Source of the DNA: Methanomassiliicoccales archaeon
GTDB lineage: Archaea; Thermoplasmatota; Thermoplasmata; Methanomassiliicoccales; UBA472
Length of the DNA stretch: 64,000 nucleotides
Assembly (NCBI GenBank): GCA_040765825.1
Contig: JAXGRO010000003.1
Location: 27,262 to 91,261 of the forward strand
Direction of reading: 5' to 3'
A model generated the notes under the pieces. That model made no database searches, had not been told where the DNA came from, and saw nothing but the letters and a program-made list of their open reading frames with translations. The position numbers were made by a program, and so were the translations under genes. The first letter of the stretch is position 1. Every line of letters begins with the position of its first letter. Shown in pieces: positions 1-10,638 of this stretch.

Positions 1-58
1 TGCGTATTTTAACGTATCGTCCCCTGTATTATAACGGTAGGCCGGAGCAGCCTCCCCT

Positions 59-1171
59 TCAATCCAGCGGGGCTCCCCGCACCTTCGCCCTCATGCGGGA
101 GCTTTCCTCCGCCAGGGCGGCCATGTTATCCTTGTCGATGCGCCGTACGGTCGGGAGCCCCCCTGGAAACAGGCGGGCGCATTCCCTGAGCAGATAATCA
201 TGGACCAGGCCGGAGCGCCTTAGTTCGTCCATGCCCCATTCCTCCACCATCTCCAGCACCGCCTCGCGCCCGCCGCGGTAGAAGACCTCGGCCAGCACCG
301 AGGTGATTATGGTGTTATCGGAGATGACCGCCACGTCCGCCTCCCGGAGGGCGTGGACGTTGCCGTTGAACGCCAAGGACAGCCCTCCGCTCCTGCGTAC
401 CACCTGCAGCGCCCTGACGTCGGTCACCCCGTCGCCCACGTACATGCAATCCTCCAGGGGCACGCTCAGGCGCTTGCAGATCTCCACCACCGAGGTGGCC
501 TTCTCGTCGCTGCCCACCGGGTTGACCTGGGAGATGAGCTGATAGGAGGAGAGGTCGGTCATCTCGCTCCAGAATATCTCCTCCATCCGCCGCACCAGGG
601 GACGATCGTCCTGTCCCAGGTCCCTTACGTTCCGGGCGTTCTCCGGTACCTCTATGAGGGGCATGCGCGCGATCTCCTGCGCCAGGTTGCGCAGGGTCTG
701 GGACTCCCAGTCCTCCAGGTCGTACATGTCCATGCTCAGCCTGGTGCAGAAGGCGTTCTCGAAAGGGAATCCTATCTCCTCGCAGGCCGCCCCCACGTAG
801 TGCTCGTAGCTGGTGCTCACCAGGAAGCTGGACATGAACTCCTGGACGTAGCGCATGGTCTTCCCCGCGCCCGGGACCGTTCGCAATCCCTCCCGGGACA
901 TGCGCAATAGAGATGAATCGGTGGCCCCGTAGGCCTTCAGGAAGGGGAGTATGAGGCGGAGGGTGTCCCCGGCCTTGACCCCGTCCTTCCGGACTATGTT
1001 GGCCAGGACGCCCTCGTACCGGCTGACGGCCTGAAAGAACCTGTCGCCGTTCTCGACCAGGGCGGAGGTGAGCTCTCGGGCATTGTCATTGGCGGTGACC
1101 GGCCCCTGCAGGTCGGAAACGAACACCTTCCCCTCGAAGGGGAACGCCTCGTCCATGATGTCGAACTCCAC
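59..1171 (-). CDS. HAD-superfamily hydrolase, EhaR-like (COG4030 type)
   Basis: N-terminal FVSDLQGPVTANDNA (HAD motif I-like) and YVGDGVTD (motif IV), SLAFNGN; 370 aa. Confidence 0.75.
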   Translation of the reverse strand: MEFDIMDEAFPFEGKVFVSDLQGPVTANDNARELTSALVENGDRFFQAVSRYEGVLANIVRKDGVKAGDTLRLILPFLKAYGATDSSLLRMSREGLRTVPGAGKTMRYVQEFMSSFLVSTSYEHYVGAACEEIGFPFENAFCTRLSMDMYDLEDWESQTLRNLAQEIARMPLIEVPENARNVRDLGQDDRPLVRRMEEIFWSEMTDLSSYQLISQVNPVGSDEKATSVVEICKRLSVPLEDCMYVGDGVTDVRALQVVRRSGGLSLAFNGNVHALREADVAVISDNTIITSVLAEVFYRGGREAVLEMVEEWGMDELRRSGLVHDYLLRECARLFPGGLPTVRRIDKDNMAALAEESSRMRAKVRGAPLD

Positions 1172-1245
1172 CCTATCACGTCCAGAAATGCGGTGTTGGC
1201 ATAAAGGAGGCTCCCCTTATCTAAATAACGCTTCACCGGCCCTTA

Positions 1246-1650
1246 TCATATGTCGAACACCACCCTCACCGACGGACGCACGGGGTCCACCTCCATCATG
1301 TGGTAGGTGATCGCCTTGACCTCCTTCTTGGGCCTGTGGCGCCCGGGATCGAAGACCTCGCCCCGGGCCTGGCAGATGACCTTGTGTCCATGGAAGCGCA
1401 CCGAGAGGTCCGAGAACAGGAGTCCGCTGACATCGAACACGAACAGCAGCTCGGAGAGGAAGTTGTACAGCATGGACTCGTGGTCATGCCCCTCGGCCAG
1501 GACCTCCCTGGTCTCGAGGGGGCGCACCTGGTCGGCATCCACCATCTGGTCGGTGAGGGCGTAGGCCGCGTTGGCGAAGCATTCCTCCAGGGATCCCCCC
1601 AAGGCCTCCACCATCACGTCCGCGGTGTGGTCCAGGGTGCGGTACCTCAT
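1246..1650 (-). CDS. Archease
   Basis: YRTLDHTADV N-terminus, EVKAITYH, C-terminal VVFDI; alternative upstream start at 1680. Confidence 0.93.
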   Translation of the reverse strand: MRYRTLDHTADVMVEALGGSLEECFANAAYALTDQMVDADQVRPLETREVLAEGHDHESMLYNFLSELLFVFDVSGLLFSDLSVRFHGHKVICQARGEVFDPGRHRPKKEVKAITYHMMEVDPVRPSVRVVFDI

Positions 1651-1747
1651 GGATAGGCCATCGACGCCCATGTATATCATCCTCTTGACCCGCTCGTTTC
1701 ATTTCATGCGAACCAGGTGCGCACATTATTATGTCAGGGTATCTTGA

Positions 1748-4700
1748 TTGATACCGTCCATGCCCCCCTCGGCCACCAACAGACCGTTGGACGTGCTCAT
1801 GGTTGATGACGAGCCGTCCATACTGGACATAAGCAAGCAGTTCCTCGAGACTTTCCACGGGATGAGGGTCACCGTCATGGAGGACAGTTCAAAGGTCATC
1901 GATGCCCTTGCCGAGGGGGACTTCCAGGCGGTGGTATCTGACTATCAGATGCCCGAATTGGACGGCCTCAGCCTGCTGAAGAAGGTGAGGTCCCTGGGGA
2001 TGGATGTCCCGTTCATCCTCTTCACCGGCAGGGGCCGGGAGGAGGTGGCCATCGACGCCCTGAACAGCGGTGCCGACTTCTACGTGCAGAAGGGAGGGGA
2101 CCCCAGATCCCAGTACTCCGACCTGGCCCACAAGGTGCGCAAGGCGGTGGAGGAGCGGGATAAGGAAAAACGGCTGAGAATGGAGAGGAAGAGGCTGGAG
2201 AGGCTGCTGAACCTCTACAAGATGAGCGATGCACCCGAGGAGAGGGTGTTCAGATACGCCCTGGAGTCCGCCCTGGACATGTGCGAGGCTCGCTTCGGAT
2301 TCCTGGGGCGCATGATCGAGGGAGGAGATTGGATCTCCCTGCTGTGCACCATCGGTGCCGGAACTCCCATGGAGGACGATGCCAAGGCCAAGGAGGTGGA
2401 GATGGCCTCCGGGCCATGGATGGAGGCTGTCCGGAGGAGGGAGCCGGTGGTGCTGAACGATGCTTCTGCGGTGCAGGACATAACCGCGCATTGCCGTCAG
2501 TCCGGGTCCGTGAGAAACATGTTGATGGTCCCCCTGCTGGACGGCGATGAGGTGGTCATGGTCCTCGGCATAGGGAACTGCCCGGCGGGCTTCGATGATT
2601 CGGACGCCCAACAGGTCTCACTGCTCCTGAACGGGGCCTGGGAGATCGTTATGCGCAGGAGCAGCGAGGAGAAGCTGGTCCAGAGCAGGAAGGAGCTGGA
2701 ATCCCACCAGGACCGGCTGCAGCAGGTGGAGATCAGGTTCCATACCCTGTTCGAGCGGGCGCAGGACGGCGTCATCCTCATGGGCGACCGGTTCATCGAG
2801 AGCAACTCCCGGTGGGGGGAGATGCTCGGCTATTCACCAGAGGAACTGGTGGGCAAGCGGCCATGGGAGGTGTCCCCCGCGAAGCAGCCGAACGGGAGGG
2901 ACTCCCGGGAGATGGCCGAGGAGATGGTCCGGAAGGCCATGAAGGACATAATGGCCCACTTCGAGTGGACCCACCAGACCAAGGACGGCAGATTGCTGGA
3001 ATGCGATGTGGTCCTGCAGAAGGTATCCTCGATGGGCGAGGACCTCATCCTGGCCTCGGTGCGCGACATCAGCAAGGAGAAGAAGGACGCCCGGGTGCGG
3101 GAGTTCATGTTCCGGGTTTCCGAGGCGGTACAGAAGAACGTGGACCGCCGGGGCCTCTTCGCCAGCATATACGATTCGCTTTCGCGCCTGTTCTCCATCG
3201 ACAGCTACTACGTATCATTGCGGGAGGGAGAGGAGACCGCCTTCCCCCTGATCATCGACCATGGCGTTTGGAGGGAGCCGACCGTGAGGTCGGGGGTCTC
3301 TGGCATCACGGAGCACCTGATCGGGGAGGGCCGCCCGCTGCTGCTTGACCGAGAGGGCATCGATCGTCTTGTGGCCTCCGGGAAGATAGTGCCCTTCGGC
3401 GAACGTCCCGAGGAGTACATGGGCGTGCCCTTGAAGGTGAGGGGAAGGACGGTGGGGATGATGGTGGTCCAGAACTATGACGGAGAACGGCGTTTCCGCA
3501 ACGAGGACCTCGACCTGCTGACCTTCCTATCGGAACAGGTCTCCCTTGCCCTGGAGAAGATCGAGGCCAATGAGGAGATGAAGACCGTCAATTCCCTGCT
3601 CAGGGGAACCATAGATTCCACTCCCATCGGGATATTGGTCATCGACGAGCGGAACAGGGTGCAGATGGCCAACCGGCCCATGATGGACATGCTGAGGGCA
3701 ACTGACATGGCCATCGAGGGGCTTGATGGCATGGAGAACCTCGCCCTCCTGGTCGGATCGGCCGCGGACGATGGATGGAGGGTTCTGGTCGACGCGCATC
3801 TGCGTGGGGATGAGGGCACCGTCAACGTGACCCTGAGCACCACTGATGGACGTATCTTCGATACCACCCGGTCCCCCTACACGGTTGAGGGACGGCCCGC
3901 CGGAAGCATATTCACGGTGAAGGACGTGACCGAGGTCAGACGGATGGAGGGTGTGCTCAAAGAGAGCGAGGCCCGGCTCAGGGCCATATTCACCGCCGCC
4001 CCGGTGGGCATATGCGTGGTCAAGGACCGCCGTTTCGTCCGGTCCAACGACCGCCTGCTGAAGATCATTGGATATCAGAAGGAGGAGCTGATAGGCGAGA
4101 GCACCCGGATGCTCTACGAGGACCAGAGCGAGTACGAGCGGGTGGGGCGGGAGGTGTACGGGCCCCTGCTGGTGAACGGGGTCAACTGGACCAAGACCCG
4201 CTGGAAGAGAAAGGACGGAGAGGTCATCGATCTGCTGATGAGCGTCTCCTCCTTCATCTCCGGAGAGCCGGAGAAGGGATACGTGGTCACCCTGACCGAT
4301 CTAACGGAGATAGAGGAGGCCCGTCGCCTCCTGCAGGACCGGCTGGACTTCGAGGCCACCCTGGTCTCGGTGTCCAGGATGTTCTCGGAGATGGACAGCG
4401 GAGGCCACCTCCATATCCTGGAGAGGGCCATGGCGGTGATCGGCGCCCAGCAGCGTGCCGATCGCGCATATCTCTTCGAGATGGATCATAAACGCGGGGT
4501 GTGCAGCAACACCGTGGAGTGGGTGGCCGAGGGCGTCCCTCCGTTCAAGGACATGCTGCAGGACATCCCCCTGGACAGCATCCCCTGGTGGATGAGCATG
4601 CTGCGCGAGCACGGGGCGATATCCGTCCCGGACGTGTCCCGGATGCCTCCGGAGGCCAGCAACGAGAAGGCCCTCCTGGAGGAGCAGGGGATAAGGAGCG

Positions 4701-5899
4701 TGGCCATCACCGGGATCTTCATAGGCAAGGATCTGACGGGCTTCCTGGGAATCGATTTCTCCCGCCCTGACTACCGGCCGACGGCCCAGGAGTTCGATCT
4801 GCTGAGGTTCATCGGCGAGATGTTCTCCAATGTACTGTCCAGATGGAGCAAGGAAAAGGAGGCCATGCAGGAGCATGAGAAATTGGTGAACATCCTGAAC
4901 GGGGCCCCCATGGGATCGCTGGTGTTCTTCAAAAATGGGGACCACCTCTGCCTGACCTACTTCAACGAGGAGGGCAGGTCCGTGCTGGGCGAGTACGCGG
5001 AGGGCTTCCTGGGCTGCCTCCCGCATGAGGCGCTGCCCTTCCTGGATGAGGGGCTGATCAACGACCTCCTTGAGGAGGCCAGAGAGGGAGAGTGGGTCCC
5101 ATGCGACCGGGAGCTGCAAGATCGGCGCTCTGGCGAACTTTACCAGATGTGGGCCTCATCCTTGGACAGGGAGCATGTGGCGGTCTTCCTGCTGAACGTG
5201 ACCGCCATCAAGGACCTGGACCAGCGCCTGCTTCTGGCCAACAAGAAGCTGACCCTCCTGACCAGGCTGGCCACCCATGACGTCCGGAACAAGGCCCTGA
5301 TTGTGAGCGCCAACCTGGAGATGCTGTGCCTCAGGTTGAGGGATGAGTGGGCCAGGAAGTACGCGGAGAACGCCAACAAGGGGCTGAGGGACCTCCAGGA
5401 GGTCACCGACCACCTGCACAACTACCTCTCCATAGGGAGCGGGTCCCTGGGATGGACGGACCTTCTGTCCGCGGCGGAGATGGCCCTGGGCCAACTGGAC
5501 CAGGTGGACCAGCCTAGACCGTCGATTGAGATCGGACAGGGGATCGGGGGCTACCAGGTCAAGGCCGACCATCTGATGTCCACGGTGCTGTACAACCTTA
5601 TCAGCAACTCCATAAAGCACGGGGGCGGGGTGACCCGCATCCGATTGGGGGCGGAGCGCAGGGAGGGGGAGCTCATCCTCTTTGTGGAGGACGATGGAAA
5701 GGGTATACCGGCGGACCTGCGCGGATGCCTGTTCGAATTCTCCATGGACGGACGCCGCCAGGGCCATGGCCTCAATTTCATCAAGGAGACCTTGGACATG
5801 TACGGGATGAGGATAGAGCTCGATGAGGAGTACGATCGCGGAGCGAGGTTCGTGATCAGGGTCCCTGCTGGACAGTTCCGCTTGAGCGCCGCGGCATAG
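1748..5899 (+). CDS. Hybrid sensor histidine kinase (receiver, multiple GAF and PAS domains, HisKA, HATPase)
   Basis: Receiver VDDE...SDYQMP...FTGRG; PAS and GAF segments; H-box ATHDVRN; NLISNSIKHG, EDDGKGI, GHGL. Confidence 0.92.
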   Translation: MIPSMPPSATNRPLDVLMVDDEPSILDISKQFLETFHGMRVTVMEDSSKVIDALAEGDFQAVVSDYQMPELDGLSLLKKVRSLGMDVPFILFTGRGREEVAIDALNSGADFYVQKGGDPRSQYSDLAHKVRKAVEERDKEKRLRMERKRLERLLNLYKMSDAPEERVFRYALESALDMCEARFGFLGRMIEGGDWISLLCTIGAGTPMEDDAKAKEVEMASGPWMEAVRRREPVVLNDASAVQDITAHCRQSGSVRNMLMVPLLDGDEVVMVLGIGNCPAGFDDSDAQQVSLLLNGAWEIVMRRSSEEKLVQSRKELESHQDRLQQVEIRFHTLFERAQDGVILMGDRFIESNSRWGEMLGYSPEELVGKRPWEVSPAKQPNGRDSREMAEEMVRKAMKDIMAHFEWTHQTKDGRLLECDVVLQKVSSMGEDLILASVRDISKEKKDARVREFMFRVSEAVQKNVDRRGLFASIYDSLSRLFSIDSYYVSLREGEETAFPLIIDHGVWREPTVRSGVSGITEHLIGEGRPLLLDREGIDRLVASGKIVPFGERPEEYMGVPLKVRGRTVGMMVVQNYDGERRFRNEDLDLLTFLSEQVSLALEKIEANEEMKTVNSLLRGTIDSTPIGILVIDERNRVQMANRPMMDMLRATDMAIEGLDGMENLALLVGSAADDGWRVLVDAHLRGDEGTVNVTLSTTDGRIFDTTRSPYTVEGRPAGSIFTVKDVTEVRRMEGVLKESEARLRAIFTAAPVGICVVKDRRFVRSNDRLLKIIGYQKEELIGESTRMLYEDQSEYERVGREVYGPLLVNGVNWTKTRWKRKDGEVIDLLMSVSSFISGEPEKGYVVTLTDLTEIEEARRLLQDRLDFEATLVSVSRMFSEMDSGGHLHILERAMAVIGAQQRADRAYLFEMDHKRGVCSNTVEWVAEGVPPFKDMLQDIPLDSIPWWMSMLREHGAISVPDVSRMPPEASNEKALLEEQGIRSVAITGIFIGKDLTGFLGIDFSRPDYRPTAQEFDLLRFIGEMFSNVLSRWSKEKEAMQEHEKLVNILNGAPMGSLVFFKNGDHLCLTYFNEEGRSVLGEYAEGFLGCLPHEALPFLDEGLINDLLEEAREGEWVPCDRELQDRRSGELYQMWASSLDREHVAVFLLNVTAIKDLDQRLLLANKKLTLLTRLATHDVRNKALIVSANLEMLCLRLRDEWARKYAENANKGLRDLQEVTDHLHNYLSIGSGSLGWTDLLSAAEMALGQLDQVDQPRPSIEIGQGIGGYQVKADHLMSTVLYNLISNSIKHGGGVTRIRLGAERREGELILFVEDDGKGIPADLRGCLFEFSMDGRRQGHGLNFIKETLDMYGMRIELDEEYDRGARFVIRVPAGQFRLSAAA

Positions 5900-5917
5900 C
5901 TGGCGTCGTAGCAGCCC

Positions 5918-5932
5918 AACGGTTATATTATT
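5918..5932 (+). promoter_or_regulatory. BRE/TATA promoter of the nadX-pepP-tldD-pmbA operon
   Basis: aacggttatatta about 25-30 nt before the nadX ATG; the same caacggttatat occurs at about 18314-18325. Confidence 0.55.
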
Positions 5933-5952
5933 GTTCGCCGTTTCTCACGGCG

Positions 5953-6771
5953 ATGCGACTCCTCATCATCGGCAGCGGGGCCATCGGCACCACCCTGGCA
6001 CAGGCCATCCAGGAAATGGAAGAGTTCGATATATTCTACATCACCGATAAGAACGAGGACCGGGCCAGGAAGATAGCCAAGGAGTGCAGGAAGGCCAAGT
6101 TCATCTCCCCCACCGACGAGAGCATCAAGGCCCACCTGAAGAACGTGGACCTGGTGGTGGAGGCCGCCTCCCAGGAGGCCGTTCAGCATTACGTGCCCAT
6201 AGTCCTGGGCATGGGCGTGGACGTGCTGGTGATGAGCGTGGGGGCCTTCGCTGACGACGACACCCGGGAGCGCTGCTTCAACGTGGCCAAGCGCAAGGGC
6301 GGCAAGCTGTTCGTCCCCTCTGGAGCCATCTGCGGCACGGACGGGCTGCACTCAGCCTCCGCGGACGTCATCGAAAGCGTGGAGCTGACCTCCACCAAGG
6401 GACCGAAGAGCTTCCAGGACAACGAGTACCTGCAATCCAAGGGCGTGGACGTCAACACCCTGAAGAAGAGGACCGTGCTGTTCGAGGGACCGGCCCGGGA
6501 GGCCGTGGCCTACTTCCCCAAGAACGTCAACGTCTCCGCGACCATATCCCTGATAGGCATAGGACTGGACAAGACCAGGGTGAAGCTGGTTTGCGACCCG
6601 CTCTGCGACTGCAACACCCATCATCTGGAGGTCAAGGGGGCCTTCGGGCACATCGTCTGCGAGACGGACAACCTGCCATTCCCCTCCAACCCGGCCACCA
6701 GCTACCTGGCCGCCCTCTCGGCCATCGCGGCCATAAAGCGCATAGCTGGCAACGTTTGGATAGGCATCTGA
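5953..6771 (+). CDS. nadX: L-aspartate dehydrogenase
   Basis: IIGSGAIG, VVEAASQEA, PSGAICGTD, FPKNVNVSAT, NPATSYLAALS. Confidence 0.9.
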   Translation: MRLLIIGSGAIGTTLAQAIQEMEEFDIFYITDKNEDRARKIAKECRKAKFISPTDESIKAHLKNVDLVVEAASQEAVQHYVPIVLGMGVDVLVMSVGAFADDDTRERCFNVAKRKGGKLFVPSGAICGTDGLHSASADVIESVELTSTKGPKSFQDNEYLQSKGVDVNTLKKRTVLFEGPAREAVAYFPKNVNVSATISLIGIGLDKTRVKLVCDPLCDCNTHHLEVKGAFGHIVCETDNLPFPSNPATSYLAALSAIAAIKRIAGNVWIGI

Positions 6772-6775
6772 GGTA

Positions 6776-7909
6776 TTGATTAATACCGCCGAAGCCCTTC
6801 CGGCCCCTGTGATAGGGATGAAGGACCGAGTCAGATGGATATTCTCCAATTGCCCTGAGGACCTGGACGCCGTGGTGATCATGAACGGGGAGGAACCTCT
6901 CCTCGACGTGGCCTTCCCCTACGTCACCGGGACCAAGGCCGGGCTGTTCGAGGGCTGCCTGGGAATCATAACCCCGGACGGCCGCTCCACGGTGATCACC
7001 TCCGCATTGGAGGAGACCTCCGCCAGGGAGGGGAAGGCGGAGGTGATGACATTCCGCACCAGCAAGGAGCGGGAAGAGCTCGCCGTGGACCTTCTGAAGG
7101 GTTTGCGCAAGGTGGGGGTGAACGGCCTGGGGATTATCCATGCCAACTACCTGCACGTGAGGAGGTGGGCGGGAAACGCCGAACTTGTGGACGTCAGCAC
7201 GGGGCTGGAGGCGTCCCGTCTGATAAAGGATGGGGAGGAGGTGGAGCGGATGCGCAGGGCCTGCCGCATCGCCTCCCAGGTGGCCGACGAGATCCCGGGG
7301 ATGCTCAGAATGGGAATGAAGGAGTACGAGATGGCCGCGGAGCTGAACTACCGCATGATGAGGCTCGGCTCATCCGGTCCGGCCTTCGGCACCAACGCCT
7401 CCTTCGGGGCCAGTTCGGCCGAGCCCCATCACGAGGCGGAGGACATCGCCCTCAAGGACGGCGACACCGCCCTCTTCGACTTCGGCTGCAAGGTGGAGGG
7501 CTACTGCTCGGACATCACCCGCACCTTCTTCGTGGGCGAGGTCAAGGAATGGCAGAGGCGCATGTACGAGGTGGTCAGCCAGGCGCAGCAGGCGGCCCTT
7601 AAGGTGATCAGGGCAGGGGTGAACGGTAGGGACGTGGACGCCGCGGCCCGGGCGGTCATCGACGCCTCGGAGTTCAAGGGACTGATGGTGCACTCCACCG
7701 GCCACGGGCTGGGGCTCTCGGTGCATGACGGGGGGCGCATGGCCCCCAACCACGACTTTCCGCTGAAGGCCGGCATGGTCCTCACCGTAGAGCCGGGGGT
7801 ATACATACGAGGGCAGGGAGGGGTGAGGATAGAGGACGATGTGCTCATAACCGAGGACGGATACGAGATGCTCACCAGCGCGGACAAGAGGATGAGGGTG
7901 ATTCAATGA
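6776..7909 (+). CDS. Xaa-Pro aminopeptidase/dipeptidase (M24B)
   Basis: DFG..YCSDITRT, HSTGHGLGLSVHD, TVEPGVY, GVRIEDD; real start may be the ATG at 6818. Confidence 0.93.
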   Translation: MINTAEALPAPVIGMKDRVRWIFSNCPEDLDAVVIMNGEEPLLDVAFPYVTGTKAGLFEGCLGIITPDGRSTVITSALEETSAREGKAEVMTFRTSKEREELAVDLLKGLRKVGVNGLGIIHANYLHVRRWAGNAELVDVSTGLEASRLIKDGEEVERMRRACRIASQVADEIPGMLRMGMKEYEMAAELNYRMMRLGSSGPAFGTNASFGASSAEPHHEAEDIALKDGDTALFDFGCKVEGYCSDITRTFFVGEVKEWQRRMYEVVSQAQQAALKVIRAGVNGRDVDAAARAVIDASEFKGLMVHSTGHGLGLSVHDGGRMAPNHDFPLKAGMVLTVEPGVYIRGQGGVRIEDDVLITEDGYEMLTSADKRMRVIQ

Positions 7910-9282
7910 TGGACGATCTGGCGAAGGCGGTGGAGAGAATGCAGGCTGAGGGTGCGGACTTCTGCGATGCCCGATACCAGGTGATCACCTCCAACGGGAT
8001 AGCCGTTGTCGACGGAGCGGTGCGACGGATCTCCGAGGACAAGGTCAGGGGGGCCTGCCTCCGCGCCCGCAAGAAGGGCTCGTGGGGATACGCCACCACC
8101 GTGGACGTGTCCAAGGATGTGCTGCTGGAGGCGGCGGTCAAGGCCGCCAGGAACGCCCTGGCCGGGAATTCCCCTGGGAAGCCGATCCCGGATACCGGGG
8201 AGCTGCGCCAGGACCTCAAGGCCCAAGTGGGCATCCACCCCGTCAAGGTGGGCATGGACGAGAAGGTCCTGGCCGTGCTGGATATGGACCGGGCTCAGAA
8301 GGTGGACCCGCGCATCGTGAACACCAACTCCCTGCTGAGGGAGGAGGTTCGGGAGAACATGCTGGTCAACAGCCACGACCGCCGGCTGAGCTGGGAGGAG
8401 GTGCGCTCCACCATCATGGTCGAGGCGGTGGCCTCCGAAGCCGGGCGCACCGAGTTCTTCTACGACATCAGGGGAGGGGCCAAGGGGTATGAGGTGGTCA
8501 AAGGGACGGACCTGGAGGCCTTCGGACGCGAGGCCGGCAAGGAGGCCCTGAAGATGCTGGGGGCGGAGAAGGCCCCCTCGGGGCTGCTCACATGCATCAC
8601 CTCGCCCAGCATCTCTGGCCTGCTGGCGCACGAGGTGATGGGACATGCCTCCGAGGCGGACGAGATCGTCAAGCGCCGCTCCTTCCTTACGGACATGACG
8701 GGCAAGAAGGTCGGCTCACCGCTGATAACCATGGTCGACGACGGCACCGTGGCCGGGGCACGTGGATCCATTCCATTCGACGACGAGGGCACGCCCTCCT
8801 CGCGCACGGTCATCATCAGGGACGGGGTGTACCAGGGGTACATGCAGTCCCTGGAGACCGCGGCGGAGATGGGTGTGCGGCCGACCGGCAACGGCCGCGC
8901 CCAGAGCTATGACCGCCGGGTGTGGGTGCGCATGACCAATACCTTCTTCGAGAAGGGGGACCAGAACCTGGAGGAGATGATCGCCGATGTCAAGTTCGGG
9001 GTGCTCACCGACCGCATGATCAGCGGCATGGAGGACCCGGTGGGGGGCGGCTTCGAGGCCAAGGCCCTGCGCGGGCATCTCATTGAGAACGGGAGGGTGA
9101 CCAAGCTGCTGAGGTCATTCACCCTCACCGGCAACGCCCTGGAGATCCTGGGCACCGCGGACGCTGTGGGCGACCAGGTGGAACTGGACGGGGGCTCCTG
9201 CGGGAAAGGCATCGAGGACTGGGTGCCGGTCTCCTCCGGAGGGCCGTACTGCCGCTTCAAGATCGTGCTGGGAGGTGACTGA
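7906..9282 (+). CDS. tldD: TldD metalloprotease, catalytic subunit
   Basis: LAHEVMGHASEAD, FDDEG, RMTNTF, CGKG. Confidence 0.92.
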   Translation: MMDDLAKAVERMQAEGADFCDARYQVITSNGIAVVDGAVRRISEDKVRGACLRARKKGSWGYATTVDVSKDVLLEAAVKAARNALAGNSPGKPIPDTGELRQDLKAQVGIHPVKVGMDEKVLAVLDMDRAQKVDPRIVNTNSLLREEVRENMLVNSHDRRLSWEEVRSTIMVEAVASEAGRTEFFYDIRGGAKGYEVVKGTDLEAFGREAGKEALKMLGAEKAPSGLLTCITSPSISGLLAHEVMGHASEADEIVKRRSFLTDMTGKKVGSPLITMVDDGTVAGARGSIPFDDEGTPSSRTVIIRDGVYQGYMQSLETAAEMGVRPTGNGRAQSYDRRVWVRMTNTFFEKGDQNLEEMIADVKFGVLTDRMISGMEDPVGGGFEAKALRGHLIENGRVTKLLRSFTLTGNALEILGTADAVGDQVELDGGSCGKGIEDWVPVSSGGPYCRFKIVLGGD

Positions 9283-10638
9283 ATGGACCTGGAGAGGCTT
9301 TCCAAGAAGTCGGTGCACAAGGTCCTGGAGGAGGGGGCCAAGGAGGCCGAGGCCTACCTGGTGCGGGTGCGCTCCCTGTCGGCCTACATCGACGACGACC
9401 GCATCAAGAACCTGGAGGACAAGCTGGACCAGGGCGTCTCCGTGCGGGTGCTGCTGAATGGGAAGATGGGGCAGTCCAGCTCCACGCTGTACGCCTCCAG
9501 GGACCTGGAGGAGTGCGGGGCCAAGGCCGTATCGCTGGCCAGGCTTTCCCGCCCCGATCCCTACTTCAAGAGGTTCGCCGGCTTCCAGCAGCCCTCCGGG
9601 CATGTGGACGCCCGCTCCGAGGACATGGCCTCCGCCAGCACCCAGGACCTGGGGTCCCTGGTGCAGGATATCGTGAAGGCGGCCGGCCAGGACGTCAAGG
9701 TGCCCCGGGGGCTCCTGCGCGTGGCCCTGGTGGAGAGGGCGCTGTGCAGCAGCAACGGCGCGACCTTCCATGAGGTGAGCACCATGGCCTACGCCCATTT
9801 CACGACCATGACCAAGGGGCCGGAGCCCGGGGAGGGCTGCGAGTGCTATTACTCATCCGGCCTTGCCGCATTGGACGCCGAGGCTATGGGCGAACGCTTG
9901 AGGCGCAAGGCCATGAACGCCAGGGACGCCGAGCATTTCAAGGGCAAGATCACCTGTCCGGTGGTCCTTCCGCCGGAAGAGCTGGCGGAGATGCTGCTGG
10001 CCTCGGTGGGCTACGCCCTGGACGGGGAGAACGCCCTGCGCCGCCGCTCCCCCTGGGGGGAGATGGTCGGAAAGGAGGTGGGCAACGGCCTGGTGGATAT
10101 CAGGGACCAGCCCTGGGACGCCCGCTCCGCGCTCTCCGGCAGGTACGACGACGAGGGCACCCCCACCAAGGAGAAGCCCCTGGTGGAGAGGGGGGTGCTG
10201 AAGACCCTGCTCTACGACGGATACCACGCCCAGATGGGCAATGTGGCGCCCACGGGCAACTGCCTCCGACGGGACCCATCGGACGCCTTGAACCTGTACC
10301 GGCGGGGAGGGGTAACCCTCCCGGTGAACCTTGCCTGGAAGCCTGGCAAGGGGAGCGTGGAGGACATGATCTCGGGGATGAAGGAGGGGATGGTCATAGA
10401 GAAGCTGGCCGCTCCGGACGTCAACTCCATCACCGGAGGCTTCGCCCTGGAGGTGCGCAGCGCCAAGCTGGTGCGCGACGGGGCGGTGGCCGGTCATGTG
10501 GACCAGTGCCTGCTGGTCGGCAACTTCTACCAGGCGCTCAAGCGGGTGGGGGCGGTCGCTGACGATCCGACGGTGCACCGGAACTGCATCGTACCCTCGG
10601 TGATGTTCGAGGACCTGGAGATCGTGGGCAGCGGGTGA
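9283..10638 (+). CDS. pmbA: PmbA/TldE subunit
   Basis: TldD-like fold with YDDEG and TGNC but no HExxxH; directly follows tldD with SD ggaggtga. Confidence 0.85.
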   Translation: MDLERLSKKSVHKVLEEGAKEAEAYLVRVRSLSAYIDDDRIKNLEDKLDQGVSVRVLLNGKMGQSSSTLYASRDLEECGAKAVSLARLSRPDPYFKRFAGFQQPSGHVDARSEDMASASTQDLGSLVQDIVKAAGQDVKVPRGLLRVALVERALCSSNGATFHEVSTMAYAHFTTMTKGPEPGEGCECYYSSGLAALDAEAMGERLRRKAMNARDAEHFKGKITCPVVLPPEELAEMLLASVGYALDGENALRRRSPWGEMVGKEVGNGLVDIRDQPWDARSALSGRYDDEGTPTKEKPLVERGVLKTLLYDGYHAQMGNVAPTGNCLRRDPSDALNLYRRGGVTLPVNLAWKPGKGSVEDMISGMKEGMVIEKLAAPDVNSITGGFALEVRSAKLVRDGAVAGHVDQCLLVGNFYQALKRVGAVADDPTVHRNCIVPSVMFEDLEIVGSG

